A model generated the notes under the pieces. The model was not told the DNA's origin and made no database searches. It saw only the letters and a list, made by a program, of their open reading frames with translations. The position numbers were made by a program, and so were the translations under genes. From Candidatus Multivoradales bacterium (GTDB taxonomy: Bacteria; Acidobacteriota; Thermoanaerobaculia; Multivoradales; JAHEKO01), in contig CBDFIJ010000004.1 of NCBI GenBank assembly GCA_965248055.1, forward strand, positions 1,984,001-2,048,000: a DNA stretch of 64,000 nt, read 5' to 3'. How positions within the stretch are numbered: position 1 is the stretch's first letter; every line of letters begins with the position of its first letter. This document shows, one piece after another, positions 9,623 to 19,724 of this stretch.

Positions 9623-10983
9623 TGCTCCGAACCTTAGTGAGAGGGATTTTCTTGCTGGCGTTCGTGTCGTGTCGACCCCCTTTGTCGCCAGACCATATTA
9701 TTTTGGTGACGATTGACACGTTGCGAGCGGATCACCTAGGAAGTTACGGCTACCCCCGCAATGTCTCGCCGTTTCTTGACCAATTGGCGGCAGAGGGCGT
9801 CCGATTCAACAAAGCTGTTTCGTCCAGCTCGCATACGGCTCCATCTCATGCTTCACTTTTCACCTCGCAATACCCAGCAACTCATGGCGTGATTGCCAAC
9901 GGCACTCAGCTGAACGCAGAAATCCCCACTATTGCGTCGATGTTCCAATCAGCTGGCTTCCAAACAGCGGCAGTTATAGGTGCTCGCTTCTTGAGCCAGG
10001 TTACGCCAGGGTTTGAAGAAGTGCATCACAAGCGGCCAAAGCCGAGCGGCTATTGGCCAGCGGATCGTGTGGTCGACAAAGCAATCGTCTGGTTGACTGG
10101 TAGAGACAAGGAGAAGCCATTCTTTCTATGGGTTCATCTGTACGACGTTCATAGCTCACGTGGCGAACAAGGTGGTCCACCGTATGAGTACCTGTCGAAA
10201 TTAAAAAAGGAGTTCCAGCAAGATCCAATACCGATTCAGGCAGCGTGGAAACAGCATGGGCTTTCGGACGACGTAATTGGTAGTCCTCGGCAATTACATC
10301 ACTATGATGCACAGCTCGCGTATGTCGACACCGAGCTTGAGCGGCTCTATCGTTTTGTCGAGACCCACGAAAGTGATTCAGAGGTACTCTGGGCGATCAC
10401 TGCGGATCATGGTGAAGGGCTAGGAAATCATGGCTTTCTGGGCCACGGAAGGTACTTATATCAGGAACAACTCAGAGTGCCTTTGATTCTCCACGCACCG
10501 AAGTCTTGGGAAGCTGGGTTGATTGTTCCCGAGTTGGTACGACACGTCGACCTGATGCCAACTCTGGCCGAGCTGACGGGGATCGCGGTTGATCAGAAGA
10601 AGCTCGCGATCGAAGGTAGATCGCTACTTCCGCTACTAGACCCGAGCAACCCTGGGGTTGCGCCCGCTTATGCCTATTCGCAACGCCGCCCTCCAACCGA
10701 GGGGCGATTACAAGCCGGGTGGTCTCCGGGATTGATGATCAGCGCACAAAGTGATGACTATAAGTACATCTTGAGGACTGACGGCGACGATGAGTTCTAC
10801 GACTTGTCCAAAGATCCGATCGAATTGGAAAACATGATCGAAACCGATTTGGCAGAAAAACAACGCATGGCCGAGTGGTTGGCGCGCAAATATGAAGAGA
10901 TGAGTACGAACTCATTGGGTGACAGGGAGACGGGAGTTCAGGAGGAGTTCGTCGAAGAGCTCAGGGCTCTCGGGTATCTATAG
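9595..10983 (+). CDS. Sulfatase-like alkaline-phosphatase superfamily protein, probable lipoprotein
   Basis: IDTLRADHL, HTAPSHASLFT, TADHGE, C-terminal LRALGYL; signal ending FVSC. Confidence 0.85.
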   Translation: MRASNNFSVMLRTLVRGIFLLAFVSCRPPLSPDHIILVTIDTLRADHLGSYGYPRNVSPFLDQLAAEGVRFNKAVSSSSHTAPSHASLFTSQYPATHGVIANGTQLNAEIPTIASMFQSAGFQTAAVIGARFLSQVTPGFEEVHHKRPKPSGYWPADRVVDKAIVWLTGRDKEKPFFLWVHLYDVHSSRGEQGGPPYEYLSKLKKEFQQDPIPIQAAWKQHGLSDDVIGSPRQLHHYDAQLAYVDTELERLYRFVETHESDSEVLWAITADHGEGLGNHGFLGHGRYLYQEQLRVPLILHAPKSWEAGLIVPELVRHVDLMPTLAELTGIAVDQKKLAIEGRSLLPLLDPSNPGVAPAYAYSQRRPPTEGRLQAGWSPGLMISAQSDDYKYILRTDGDDEFYDLSKDPIELENMIETDLAEKQRMAEWLARKYEEMSTNSLGDRETGVQEEFVEELRALGYL

Positions 10984-12201
10984 TGGCCTTTCGATATCCG
11001 ACATCGTTTTCAAATCCGTAGCGGCAACAATTTGCTGAGCTGCTCGCTCAGGAGAAAAAAAACTCCTTAATAGCTTTCGACCGTTGCTCGCCAAAGAGTG
11101 ACGCAGGCCCTGATCTGCGATCATTTGTCGCGCTAGAGATAGAAGCTTGTGGTCGTCGCCGTTGACGCAAACTAACGCTGCAGCGTTTTTCTCTAGAATT
11201 CCATTGAGTTCGTTGCCGGGGTTCATCGCCGCGAGAATCGGTTTACCAAGCAACAGGTAGTCAAACATCTTTCCAGGAAAGTTGTGACCTTTCAAACGGG
11301 GGCTCAGGGACATCAAACCAACGTCGACTTCTGAAAGCAACCCTAGATAGGTTGCTTGATCGACAGCGGCGAGAAATTGGATGTTTCTGATTCCTCGTTC
11401 CCGCGCGGTCTGCTGGAGCACGTCAAGCTCACTACCAGAGCCGACGAACAAGAAACAAGCTCGTGGGTCGTCCTGGAGAGTTTCTGCCAGTCGAACGAAA
11501 CACATGGCGCCCTGCGCTACCCCGAGATTGCCGCCATAGAAGAAAACCACACGGCCTTCCAGGCCGAGCTTGCTCCGCATTTGAGTTTTGGAATTCTGCT
11601 GACCCCGCGAGCGTGCCCAGTTGTAGAGAACTTCGACCTGTACATCAACACTGTGCCCTCGCTGATCGAAATAACCCAAGTTTCCTCGTGACTCGACGCC
11701 AATGACATCGACCGCTCGATAGAGTCGATTCTCGTAGTGGGTAAAGAAACCGTGTGCCAATCCGCCATTTCGCATCAAGCCGGCTTCCACACACCATTGT
11801 GGGAAGATATCTCGTAAAATTAGGTAGCTGGGACAGTTCCATAGGGATTTCAATCGGGCGACCAGGCGACCAAAAAAAATTGTCGGTGCATAGCTGACGA
11901 TCAAGTCACATGGATTTTCGATCAAGAAATCCCTGGCAGCTCCCCAGATTGTGTAAGAGAGGCGCCACTCGTAATAAGCCCGCAGCGGGCGGGGAGTATT
12001 ACGAAATTGACCAGAACGAACCCGTACGACGGTAATTCCATCTTCCTCGGTGACCGTACGACGGCTAGTCAACGAGGCATCTGGGGCCAGCAGTACGATC
12101 TGGTGTCCTTGGTCGCGAAAGACGAGTGCTAGATCATGCATGATCCGGGCGCAGGACTGGATGTTCGGATAATAATTCTGAACCAGGAGGAAAATACGCA
12201 T
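10978..12201 (-). CDS. GT4 glycosyltransferase, WbuB/WbjE-like
   Basis: LRDIFPQW, YGGNLGVAQG, FPGKMFDYL..GKPIL motifs. Confidence 0.82.
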   Translation of the reverse strand: MRIFLLVQNYYPNIQSCARIMHDLALVFRDQGHQIVLLAPDASLTSRRTVTEEDGITVVRVRSGQFRNTPRPLRAYYEWRLSYTIWGAARDFLIENPCDLIVSYAPTIFFGRLVARLKSLWNCPSYLILRDIFPQWCVEAGLMRNGGLAHGFFTHYENRLYRAVDVIGVESRGNLGYFDQRGHSVDVQVEVLYNWARSRGQQNSKTQMRSKLGLEGRVVFFYGGNLGVAQGAMCFVRLAETLQDDPRACFLFVGSGSELDVLQQTARERGIRNIQFLAAVDQATYLGLLSEVDVGLMSLSPRLKGHNFPGKMFDYLLLGKPILAAMNPGNELNGILEKNAAALVCVNGDDHKLLSLARQMIADQGLRHSLASNGRKLLRSFFSPERAAQQIVAATDLKTMSDIERPL

Positions 12202-12221
12202 TCAACCAAAAACCAAATGGT

Positions 12222-13055
12222 TCAAGGCGTTGGGTAGTTGTATCGATCGACCCAACTTCGGTCTTTCTCGTACTGCAGGTGAACCAGAGCATCTCCTGCC
12301 AGGTGATCGAAGATCTCCGCTGCTTCGCGCGAAAAATGGTTCTTCCAGTCACCGACCACGCCCTTACGGATGTGCTGAGAAAGATCGGATTTCCCTGGTT
12401 TACGCCCGGTTTGGCGTTGCATTGACATCTTTTCAACGGTCGTCTCGATGCGCCACGGATCGGGTTCCTGGTCGAGGAGCCGGCCCAGTACCCGGCTCAA
12501 GGTGCCGGCACAGTCTTGGCGTAATTGCTCGTAGCTCAGATAGGCGATATCGGGCCGCCCTGGCTGTACCCAATCGATGACGTGGTCTCGCCAATGCAGT
12601 GGCGTTCCGCGGCCGGGATTTTCGAATTCGAACTCGATGAACCGCGGCAGGTGGGTAACCACATCTTGCGGGTCGTAGTTGCGGCCGAACAGGCGTTCGT
12701 AAGTGCGGTTCAAGTGGGCACTGGCGGGCCGTTGAGCGTAGCGAGCGACTCGAATTCTGTCGAAATAAAACGACGTCATAACATCACGGCCATCGCGGTA
12801 GATATAGAAAACCCTTTTGAGACGCGGCTGGTAACGCCAGTGATTTTGAATCACCGAAGAGAAAGTGATTGGCAGTACGGAATACCTGGGAAACGGCAGT
12901 ACCAGATAGTCGCTGACCATTTGAGCCAACCAAGTTCCACCTGACTTCGGATGCTCGGCGACGTAGTAGAAAGGAAAAGACTCGCCCCAGCGGGCGCCGA
13001 TCAACCGGGTTGATTCTTTGGCGAGTTTTTCGGCAATTCGCCTGGGATTGGGCAT
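12222..13055 (-). CDS. PAPS-dependent sulfotransferase (Sulfotransfer_1, cytosolic SULT-like)
   Basis: HPKSGGTW (5'PSB), RDGRDVMTS (3'PB), RKGVVGDWKNHF. Confidence 0.9.
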   Translation of the reverse strand: MPNPRRIAEKLAKESTRLIGARWGESFPFYYVAEHPKSGGTWLAQMVSDYLVLPFPRYSVLPITFSSVIQNHWRYQPRLKRVFYIYRDGRDVMTSFYFDRIRVARYAQRPASAHLNRTYERLFGRNYDPQDVVTHLPRFIEFEFENPGRGTPLHWRDHVIDWVQPGRPDIAYLSYEQLRQDCAGTLSRVLGRLLDQEPDPWRIETTVEKMSMQRQTGRKPGKSDLSQHIRKGVVGDWKNHFSREAAEIFDHLAGDALVHLQYEKDRSWVDRYNYPTP

Positions 13056-13111
13056 AGTTGATAGGGGTCTTTGGTAGTCAGTCCGAGTCGCCGAAATATA
13101 CTACCGTGGTA

Positions 13112-13987
13112 ATGGACCCGAACAATGTCGCAGAAGCTCTCACATCCTTACCTCAGCGCCCAATAGCGATCATTACCCACAAGCGCTCGGGTACTCACCT
13201 AACAATGGATGTCATGCGTCGGCAGTTCGAAGAATGTGACTCTTGGAAGTGGTGGGGGGAAAACCACAGCCGGCTTTATCTTTCCCTGCAGGCTCTATAC
13301 GACCCCAAATCGCTCACCCCGATAAGTGAAGAAAAGGCGATACGGGTACTGCAGCGGTGCCAGTGTCCTCTGGTCAAGACCCATGACAAGCCGTCTGACG
13401 TACCTCTGGGGCGGACAACCACCCGTGGCGCCCTCGGTGAACACTGGCTGCAGTGGCTCAATCATTCAGTCAGGAAGCTCTATGTTTACCGCGACGGTCG
13501 CGATGTAATGTGTTCGCTTCGGTTGTTGGCGACTAAGCGAGACCGCAGCGCGTGGAAGCCAATCTCCCAATTCATCCGCGAGGAAGTCGAAAACGGAATG
13601 TCCCGAGCTGCGTATTGGGCGTGGCACGTTGAGAGCGGTTTGAGTCAGCCGGACTTTGCCCCTCTCAAGTTCGAAAGCTTGGTTCGTGACACCCGGGCCA
13701 GCCTGGACTATTTGGCACAGCGCTTCAATCTGACAGCGCGACACCAAGATCCGTTGTTGCCCAAAAAAATCCACTCCGTATGGCAGTCTAGGTGGTCGCG
13801 ATTGCTTGAGCGAAGGCCACAGAGTAGTGCGATTCTCGGTCGTCCTAAAGAGATCAAACTAGACAAGTGGCAAGAGGTATTCAGCCCAGAAGATAGGGCG
13901 TTTTTCCATCGCGAAGCCGGGCAGGTTTTGCTTGACTTAGGCTACGAAGAATCTGATTCCTGGGTCGAGGGTAGTTCCCAGGAGTAG
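13112..13987 (+). CDS. PAPS-dependent sulfotransferase
   Basis: HKRSGTHL, VKTH, YRDGRDVMCS; start taken at MDPNN. Confidence 0.85.
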   Translation: MDPNNVAEALTSLPQRPIAIITHKRSGTHLTMDVMRRQFEECDSWKWWGENHSRLYLSLQALYDPKSLTPISEEKAIRVLQRCQCPLVKTHDKPSDVPLGRTTTRGALGEHWLQWLNHSVRKLYVYRDGRDVMCSLRLLATKRDRSAWKPISQFIREEVENGMSRAAYWAWHVESGLSQPDFAPLKFESLVRDTRASLDYLAQRFNLTARHQDPLLPKKIHSVWQSRWSRLLERRPQSSAILGRPKEIKLDKWQEVFSPEDRAFFHREAGQVLLDLGYEESDSWVEGSSQE

Positions 13988-14835
13988 CCCAGGCGCAGCA
14001 ATGGCGGCTCAAGGATTGGCCGTATCATTTCCAGGTTACGGTCGGTCAAAAGTTGACGCCAGACATTGGTACGAGTCGGGTCAGCGTCGTTGACCACGCT
14101 CTGTTTGAAATCCTCATCGGGAGACAGATCAGCGAAACGTTGCAGTTTGTCGGCCCATATTTGTGGTTGCGAAACTAAGTCTTGGTACTCGACCTCTAGC
14201 CACTGTTGTTGCGGAACCAATGGTCGAAAGTTGAGGACCGGTTCCAACGTATATCGCCACTGTTTGGCGAGAACGACGATCTTGGGGTCATGAGCCACCC
14301 AGCTTTTCCAGCCCTGAGGTCGTGGGCCCCAGTAGGCCATCTCGCGCCCCAAGAGCCGGTGTCCGAGAGTGTTCCAAGCTCGGGGGATGAACGAAGGCCA
14401 CTCCCAGAGAGGGGTCCCTAGAAGCCTCCGCAAGTACCACTCGCGATCAGGGGCTCTGGTCTTAGCGACGATATGAGTCGAACTCAACACTGCACGACCG
14501 TCTCGATGAATGTGAACAAATCGAGCGTCTGGAAAGATGGCAAAGATAAACGGTAACCGAAGACAATTGCTGGGTGTTTTTTCCACCAACTGATTCTTGC
14601 CGTGCTTTTCCAAGAACCGAGCAACTTGCCCTCTTATCCGCGCCTTGATCTGCGGGGTCGCGTCGGCCTCGGCTAGGCAATCATCTGGGCGGAAGTTGTT
14701 TCCCCTTGACCAAACGTGTCGAGGCTCCTCCCAGTAGGCGACTTCGGAATGTTGGCTCAGAGCCCTACCCAAGAAAGTAGTTCCTGAGCGATGAGTTCCG
14801 ATTACAAACAGCGGTGGTTTGGAAGCGGGGGCCAT
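13942..14835 (-). CDS. PAPS-dependent sulfotransferase (Sulfotransfer_3)
   Basis: GTHRSGTTFL, EKTPSN, HIHRDGRAVLSS. Confidence 0.9.
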   Translation of the reverse strand: MAPASKPPLFVIGTHRSGTTFLGRALSQHSEVAYWEEPRHVWSRGNNFRPDDCLAEADATPQIKARIRGQVARFLEKHGKNQLVEKTPSNCLRLPFIFAIFPDARFVHIHRDGRAVLSSTHIVAKTRAPDREWYLRRLLGTPLWEWPSFIPRAWNTLGHRLLGREMAYWGPRPQGWKSWVAHDPKIVVLAKQWRYTLEPVLNFRPLVPQQQWLEVEYQDLVSQPQIWADKLQRFADLSPDEDFKQSVVNDADPTRTNVWRQLLTDRNLEMIRPILEPPLLRLGYSWELPSTQESDSS

Positions 14836-14956
14836 CGTAGGACGTTGTTAGGAGCAGGAGTCCGAGGAGAAGAGAATTGAGTACTAAGAAGTCTTTTGAT
14901 CTGCGGTAGGTTGTGACCGCAGAGCATCCTAGCAGCCCCTCCATCTTCTCTTTCAG

Positions 14957-15231
14957 ATGAAGATTGTCCATCATTTTATCTACCTGAACGTGGCAGGAGG
15001 GGCGTACTATTCGCACGACGGCGACCGGCGAAAAAGCGCAGGCAAGGGAGTGGCTTCCGAAGGGTACGGTCGAAGTGGTTCCAGTAGCGGTGGACCTATC
15101 GTCTTATCGGCACCGGCATATTCGAGCCAAGCGCAGGGTGGTACCGGTCAGAGCGTGCGGTTCTAGAGTGGCTCGATCCCGACAATATGGCTCAATACGA
15201 GCAGATGTATCGGTGTGCAATGAACGCATAA
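14957..15231 (+). pseudogene. Collapsed GT4 glycosyltransferase remnant (three fragments in three frames)
   Basis: MKIVHHFIYLNVAGG / IRTTATGEKAQAREWLPKGTVEVVPVAVDLSSY / ERAVLEWLDPDNMAQYEQMY resemble, in order, the N-terminus, middle and C-terminus of the intact GT4 at 34479-35621. Confidence 0.72.
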
Positions 15232-15264
15232 GCAGGGTAGTAGTGCTGCGCCCAGAAAGGATTC

Positions 15265-16878
15265 TCATCGGACCAATTTTGTTGCTGCGCTACGCAGAAG
15301 CTGGACAATTCGTTGTCGCTCGGTGGGTTCTGACAACACGCTTAGGGCTAGCAGGAAGAACAGTGAAACCGAGATGGCCAGTAGCACGATCAAGCGTAGG
15401 ACGGTTAGATCGACGAAGTACGGTCGAACCAGCCACATCGCAATCAAGAACAAAAAGCCGGCTAAGAGTGGCCTTGGCAGAGACTCCCGAAGAACAACAC
15501 GAATCGAGAGATCCGTGACGTTCTTGAGCGCGCGCAGAACGACCCCAGGAGAAAAAAGCACATGCGAGACAAAGATAGCGAGGGTTGCTAGGACCGGGTT
15601 GCCAAACCAAGCTATCGAACCGATCGCCAAACCCAAGCAAAGTAGCGTAGCCCACTTCGAAAACCAGGAGTACGATCGAACTTCGCCCATACCGTACAAA
15701 ATACGTTCGACACCGAAGAAACCGGCACGAAGCGTCCGCACGGCAAGAAGAATCAAGACCATCAAGGTTGCTAGGTTGAGCGCTTCAGCTACCGAAATCC
15801 CAGCGATTGTCAGGCTAGGGTCATTGGCGAAACGAGAGCCAACCCAGAGCTCCAAAAGGGGGTGAGCGTAGACCCCAAGGAGGATCGCGGTGGGGATGCT
15901 GACTGCGAATTGATATCGAATGCTGCGGGTGATCAAAGCTTTGACCACGGTCATCTTCCCTTCTTTTTGCAGGTGAGCGGTCATCGGTGCAATTCCGCGC
16001 AAAATACCGTCAGCGACCATGCGCGCGAAGCCGGAGAACTGGACCACAACTTGCCAGATCGAATTGTAAGTCAGCCCGAAGAAGAGGTTGATTAGTACAG
16101 CAACGAACTGAGTATTCAAGTTGAGTAGCAACGAGATATGAGAGGTGTGCCAGATCGTGTGGCGGACAGCTTCGTACTCGGCTCTGTCGAAAGCTGCCAT
16201 GTCTAGTTTGAGTCCGGGGATACGTCGCTTAGCCCACCAAATACCGAGTCCCACATCCGCAAGCTGCAGGGTCGCCCGGGAAACAGCGAAACCTACGAGT
16301 TGGCGTGAAAGAGGCTCTTCGCGAAACAGCCAGCCAAACACGATGACTGCGGAGAGCGCATAGGTAAGCCGTGCGCCAACAGTGAGAAGGTTGTCGAGCC
16401 CAACCTGCTGCGCAGCGAACAAAGACTGCAAGAAAGGTGCACTGAGTATTCGGACAACTGCGTGAAACCCCTCCGACAGAACCAGAATGGCGAGCACCCA
16501 CTTTAGCTCTGGTTGATTGTCTGGAGTATTGAAAACTCCCGCTGCAGCCAAGCTAGCCAGAAGTGCGGTTAACCCCACCAAACCGATTGCGGTTTGGCGG
16601 CAAAGGTAGAACGTTGAAGCTATATTGATACGCAGTGCACCAGGGTCTTTTGACGCGATAGCACCAGCTAGCTCTCTAACTAAGCCGATGCGGATCGTCC
16701 TCTCAAGAGCCCGGGAAGGACTGGTGCTGGAGACCGACAAGGCGATCATGCCAAAACCAATCGTGCCCACTGCTCCCAAGATGTACCAAGTTGAGAAGAT
16801 CCCGATTGCGAACCCGGTTCCCAGCCTCAGATAGGTTGTTACTGCATTGCTAAGAAGCCGGGTCGATAGGCGCATCAA
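15265..16878 (-). CDS. wzx: Polysaccharide flippase (Wzx/MOP superfamily)
   Basis: 12-14 TM segments, RLLSNAVTTY N-terminus, PLLELWVG motif, glycan-locus context. Confidence 0.78.
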   Translation of the reverse strand: MMRLSTRLLSNAVTTYLRLGTGFAIGIFSTWYILGAVGTIGFGMIALSVSSTSPSRALERTIRIGLVRELAGAIASKDPGALRINIASTFYLCRQTAIGLVGLTALLASLAAAGVFNTPDNQPELKWVLAILVLSEGFHAVVRILSAPFLQSLFAAQQVGLDNLLTVGARLTYALSAVIVFGWLFREEPLSRQLVGFAVSRATLQLADVGLGIWWAKRRIPGLKLDMAAFDRAEYEAVRHTIWHTSHISLLLNLNTQFVAVLINLFFGLTYNSIWQVVVQFSGFARMVADGILRGIAPMTAHLQKEGKMTVVKALITRSIRYQFAVSIPTAILLGVYAHPLLELWVGSRFANDPSLTIAGISVAEALNLATLMVLILLAVRTLRAGFFGVERILYGMGEVRSYSWFSKWATLLCLGLAIGSIAWFGNPVLATLAIFVSHVLFSPGVVLRALKNVTDLSIRVVLRESLPRPLLAGFLFLIAMWLVRPYFVDLTVLRLIVLLAISVSLFFLLALSVLSEPTERQRIVQLLRSAATKLVR

Positions 16879-16914
16879 CAGCTATCATAAACGTCGAGCC
16901 TGGCTTTCTTGGAT

Positions 16915-17844
16915 ATGAGCGCTGATCAAAGAGTACCCGCAACGCAGCCCTCGTCGCGATTCCCCGATTTCTTGATCGTGGGAGCGATGAAGAGCGGAAC
17001 CACTTCGCTCTTTTTCGATCTGCTAACTCACCCAGGGATTTTCTTGCCAGACGACAAAGAACCCCACAGCTTGGCGGATGATGAAGTCCTAAGCCCGCAA
17101 GGCAGAGAAAAATACACGCAGTTATTTGCTTCCGCAAATGCCGCTCAAATTTGCGGAGAAGCTTCGACCGGATATACCAAACGACCCGATATTCAGAATG
17201 TTCCGGAACGGGCACAGGAAATCTGTGGCCCAAGTTTGAAGGTGATTTATCAAGTGAGGGAACCGGTCGCGCGCTTGATTAGTCATCACTACCATGAGTT
17301 TACTGCGGGCAAAGTGGGCCGAAATATCAACCAAGTGGTAAGAGAGCACCCAGAGTTCATCAACTACAGTCGCTACGCGCATCAGATCCATCCTTGGTTG
17401 CAAACGTTCGGATCAGAGCAAGTGAAAGTAGTTCGATTCGAAGACTATGTCGCAGATCGGAGCGGTGCCGTGAGTGAACTAGTAGCTTTTCTCGGAGTGG
17501 ACAGTGGTGAACTGGACTCGAACTTACTGGCGGAGGTCTATAATCGCAGTGAGGGCAAGCCAGCTCCGCGAGGTCGAATGTGGAGAGTCACGCGGAGGTC
17601 CTGGTATCGACGTTGGGTTCGCCCGCTGCTTTCGACTAAGATGCGACGTCGGCTAACTGGCTATTTACTGCCTGCGGCGCCGGATCGTCCTGAACCACCC
17701 TCGCATAATACGGTCGCATGGATCTTGGACCAGTTGGCAGAAGACAATAGATTGTTGCAACAGATAATGGGACTCTCGAGTCCGGTTTGGGATGATGATG
17801 CGGTTTTGCGAGCGTATGAAACGAACGAAAAACCAGATGCCTAG
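16915..17844 (+). CDS. Sulfotransferase (heparan-sulfate O/N-sulfotransferase-like motifs)
   Basis: PDFLIVGAMKSGTTSL, KEPH, GEASTGY, REPVARLISHY. Confidence 0.9.
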   Translation: MSADQRVPATQPSSRFPDFLIVGAMKSGTTSLFFDLLTHPGIFLPDDKEPHSLADDEVLSPQGREKYTQLFASANAAQICGEASTGYTKRPDIQNVPERAQEICGPSLKVIYQVREPVARLISHHYHEFTAGKVGRNINQVVREHPEFINYSRYAHQIHPWLQTFGSEQVKVVRFEDYVADRSGAVSELVAFLGVDSGELDSNLLAEVYNRSEGKPAPRGRMWRVTRRSWYRRWVRPLLSTKMRRRLTGYLLPAAPDRPEPPSHNTVAWILDQLAEDNRLLQQIMGLSSPVWDDDAVLRAYETNEKPDA

Positions 17845-17879
17845 TCAACCACTAGAGTTTGGTCAAAAGAGGAGAATCC

Positions 17880-19307
17880 ATGCCATCTGACGAGATTGGC
17901 CTAGCCGAGTTGACTTACCTAGCACGTCAACGCTGGAAGTTGATCACTGGGTGTGCAGCAATCTTTGGGCTGCTCACCTGGGGGTGGTTTCAGCTCGTGG
18001 TTGACCCCAAATTCTCTGGGACGGCGAGCGTTATTGTTCGGCCTTCTCTCGATGAATCGACAGCGGCGATGAACACAGTGGATGTCTATCGGACCATTCT
18101 GGAGAGCGAGGCGGTGGTTCAAGAAACGACTACCCGGCTGCAAGACGCAGGAATGCTTAGGAAGAACCAACAGATTCGCCAAGGGCGTGATCTACAGGCG
18201 AAAGTTGAGAAAAGCTCCAGTCGCTCCAAAGAAGCCGTACCGATTTTGCAGCTCTCCGGTCTGGCAGATAGTCCAGAGTTAGCGGCGGCACTAGCCAATA
18301 CTTGGGCACAGGTTCTGACAGAGGAGAGTCGTCGAATTGTTCCAGCGGCAGCTTCTGAAGCAGGAGAAATACTCGCTATACAGATTCCCTCAACCCGCGA
18401 AGATCTTGAAAAAGTAGAACTTGACCGGACCCAAACCATGAATCGATTGGAGCTTGAAGAGGGGAGAGTTGCCGCCGAATGGGACCGTCGTATTTCAGCA
18501 GCAAAGAGCAGTGCCGCTCGTGGCATCGCTAGGTATCAGACTGAGACAAGGTTTCTTTTGGAGCAAGCAGCCGGTCTGTCAGGAGGGAAAGAGCACGCGC
18601 CAGTAACCGGAGAACAATCGAGCGGAATGCTCTCGGGAGACCGTATTCGAGCGAAACTACTGGAGGTTGTTTCGGTACGCGTACAACAGGCTCAAACTCC
18701 CAGGATATTGAGGTTGGAGAAATCCGCCACGGACGAAACGATGGCAGATTTCATCGCTACAGAAACCGACGTTCCAAGTTTTGATCAGACGGTTACAACA
18801 GAAGAAGTCAACCTTTTGTACGATCAACTAACCCTCCGCGCTTTGGACTTAGAGAATGCGTTGAAGCGCATGGCGTCTGACCAACTCGAATTGGTTTCAA
18901 CGGTTCTATCCGCGCTGCAAAAGATTCAACTTGAACGGGCCGCAGGAATGAACGCGCTGGTCGATAGTAGAGACCTAGAACTGAAGTTGTTGAATCGAAA
19001 TGGGTCCCGAGCCTTGGGCGAACTTGAACGCCACCGAGTTGACCAGCAGGCTGAATTTGCTCGTCAGCATGGACAGCTTACAGATCTATCCGCTCGCCTT
19101 ACGGCGCGGTATAACGCCGTTTCGGTTGGTCGACTCTTAGGCGAGGTTGAAGTTGTCCACCTAGCCGCTCCAGCAGTCGTCGACCGCAGGGCCGAGCCAA
19201 TTCAATTGCCACTGAAGATCGCGCTTGCGGTTTTCCTAGGAGCCGTGCTTGGTCTTATGGTTGCGTTGTTTCGTTCGGTTGGTCAACTAGAAACAACAGA
19301 ATCGTAA
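17880..19307 (+). CDS. Polysaccharide co-polymerase / chain-length determinant (Wzz/GumC-like)
   Basis: DEIGLAEL N-terminus, N- and C-terminal TM helices flanking a long coiled coil, Pro-rich segment before TM2. Confidence 0.8.
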   Translation: MPSDEIGLAELTYLARQRWKLITGCAAIFGLLTWGWFQLVVDPKFSGTASVIVRPSLDESTAAMNTVDVYRTILESEAVVQETTTRLQDAGMLRKNQQIRQGRDLQAKVEKSSSRSKEAVPILQLSGLADSPELAAALANTWAQVLTEESRRIVPAAASEAGEILAIQIPSTREDLEKVELDRTQTMNRLELEEGRVAAEWDRRISAAKSSAARGIARYQTETRFLLEQAAGLSGGKEHAPVTGEQSSGMLSGDRIRAKLLEVVSVRVQQAQTPRILRLEKSATDETMADFIATETDVPSFDQTVTTEEVNLLYDQLTLRALDLENALKRMASDQLELVSTVLSALQKIQLERAAGMNALVDSRDLELKLLNRNGSRALGELERHRVDQQAEFARQHGQLTDLSARLTARYNAVSVGRLLGEVEVVHLAAPAVVDRRAEPIQLPLKIALAVFLGAVLGLMVALFRSVGQLETTES

Positions 19308-19724
19308 GGTTGGGGAGAGCGAGGAAGGCCTGGTTTCTTCAAGCCCAGACTGGCTGAACACACTAGCGTCGTGTTCGCTTCAATACAGCGGGGTATTTCT
19401 CCTCCGCAGCTTCAAAAGTAGGGCGCTGAGTGTTTTGCCGGAAGAAACCGTTGACTGAGAATTTGCGCGCCTTTGTTTGAGGCATTCCGATGGGAGGATT
19501 GAGATCGTGGCGTCCATCGTGATGGCTGACGGAATAAAGCTATTTCCATCTGCTTATGGAGTTGGGTAAATGCTCATCGTTTTGATTTCTCGTTAGTCTG
19601 TCGAAGCTCATCTAGATCACCAGATATGGTGGGTTGGAGTACTAGTTCTACTGCGCTGTCCCTATGCTAGGGTCCAGCTTAGTTACCACGGATGGGGTTG
19701 CCTGAAGCTCTTGTTAATTGAATA

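Noticed and set aside
19308-19724. Long intergenic gaps (also 20970-21360 and 23867-24419) as ncRNA or gene relics
   Set aside because: Partial manual translation and inspection gave no recognisable motif or convincing structure; needs BLASTx/Infernal
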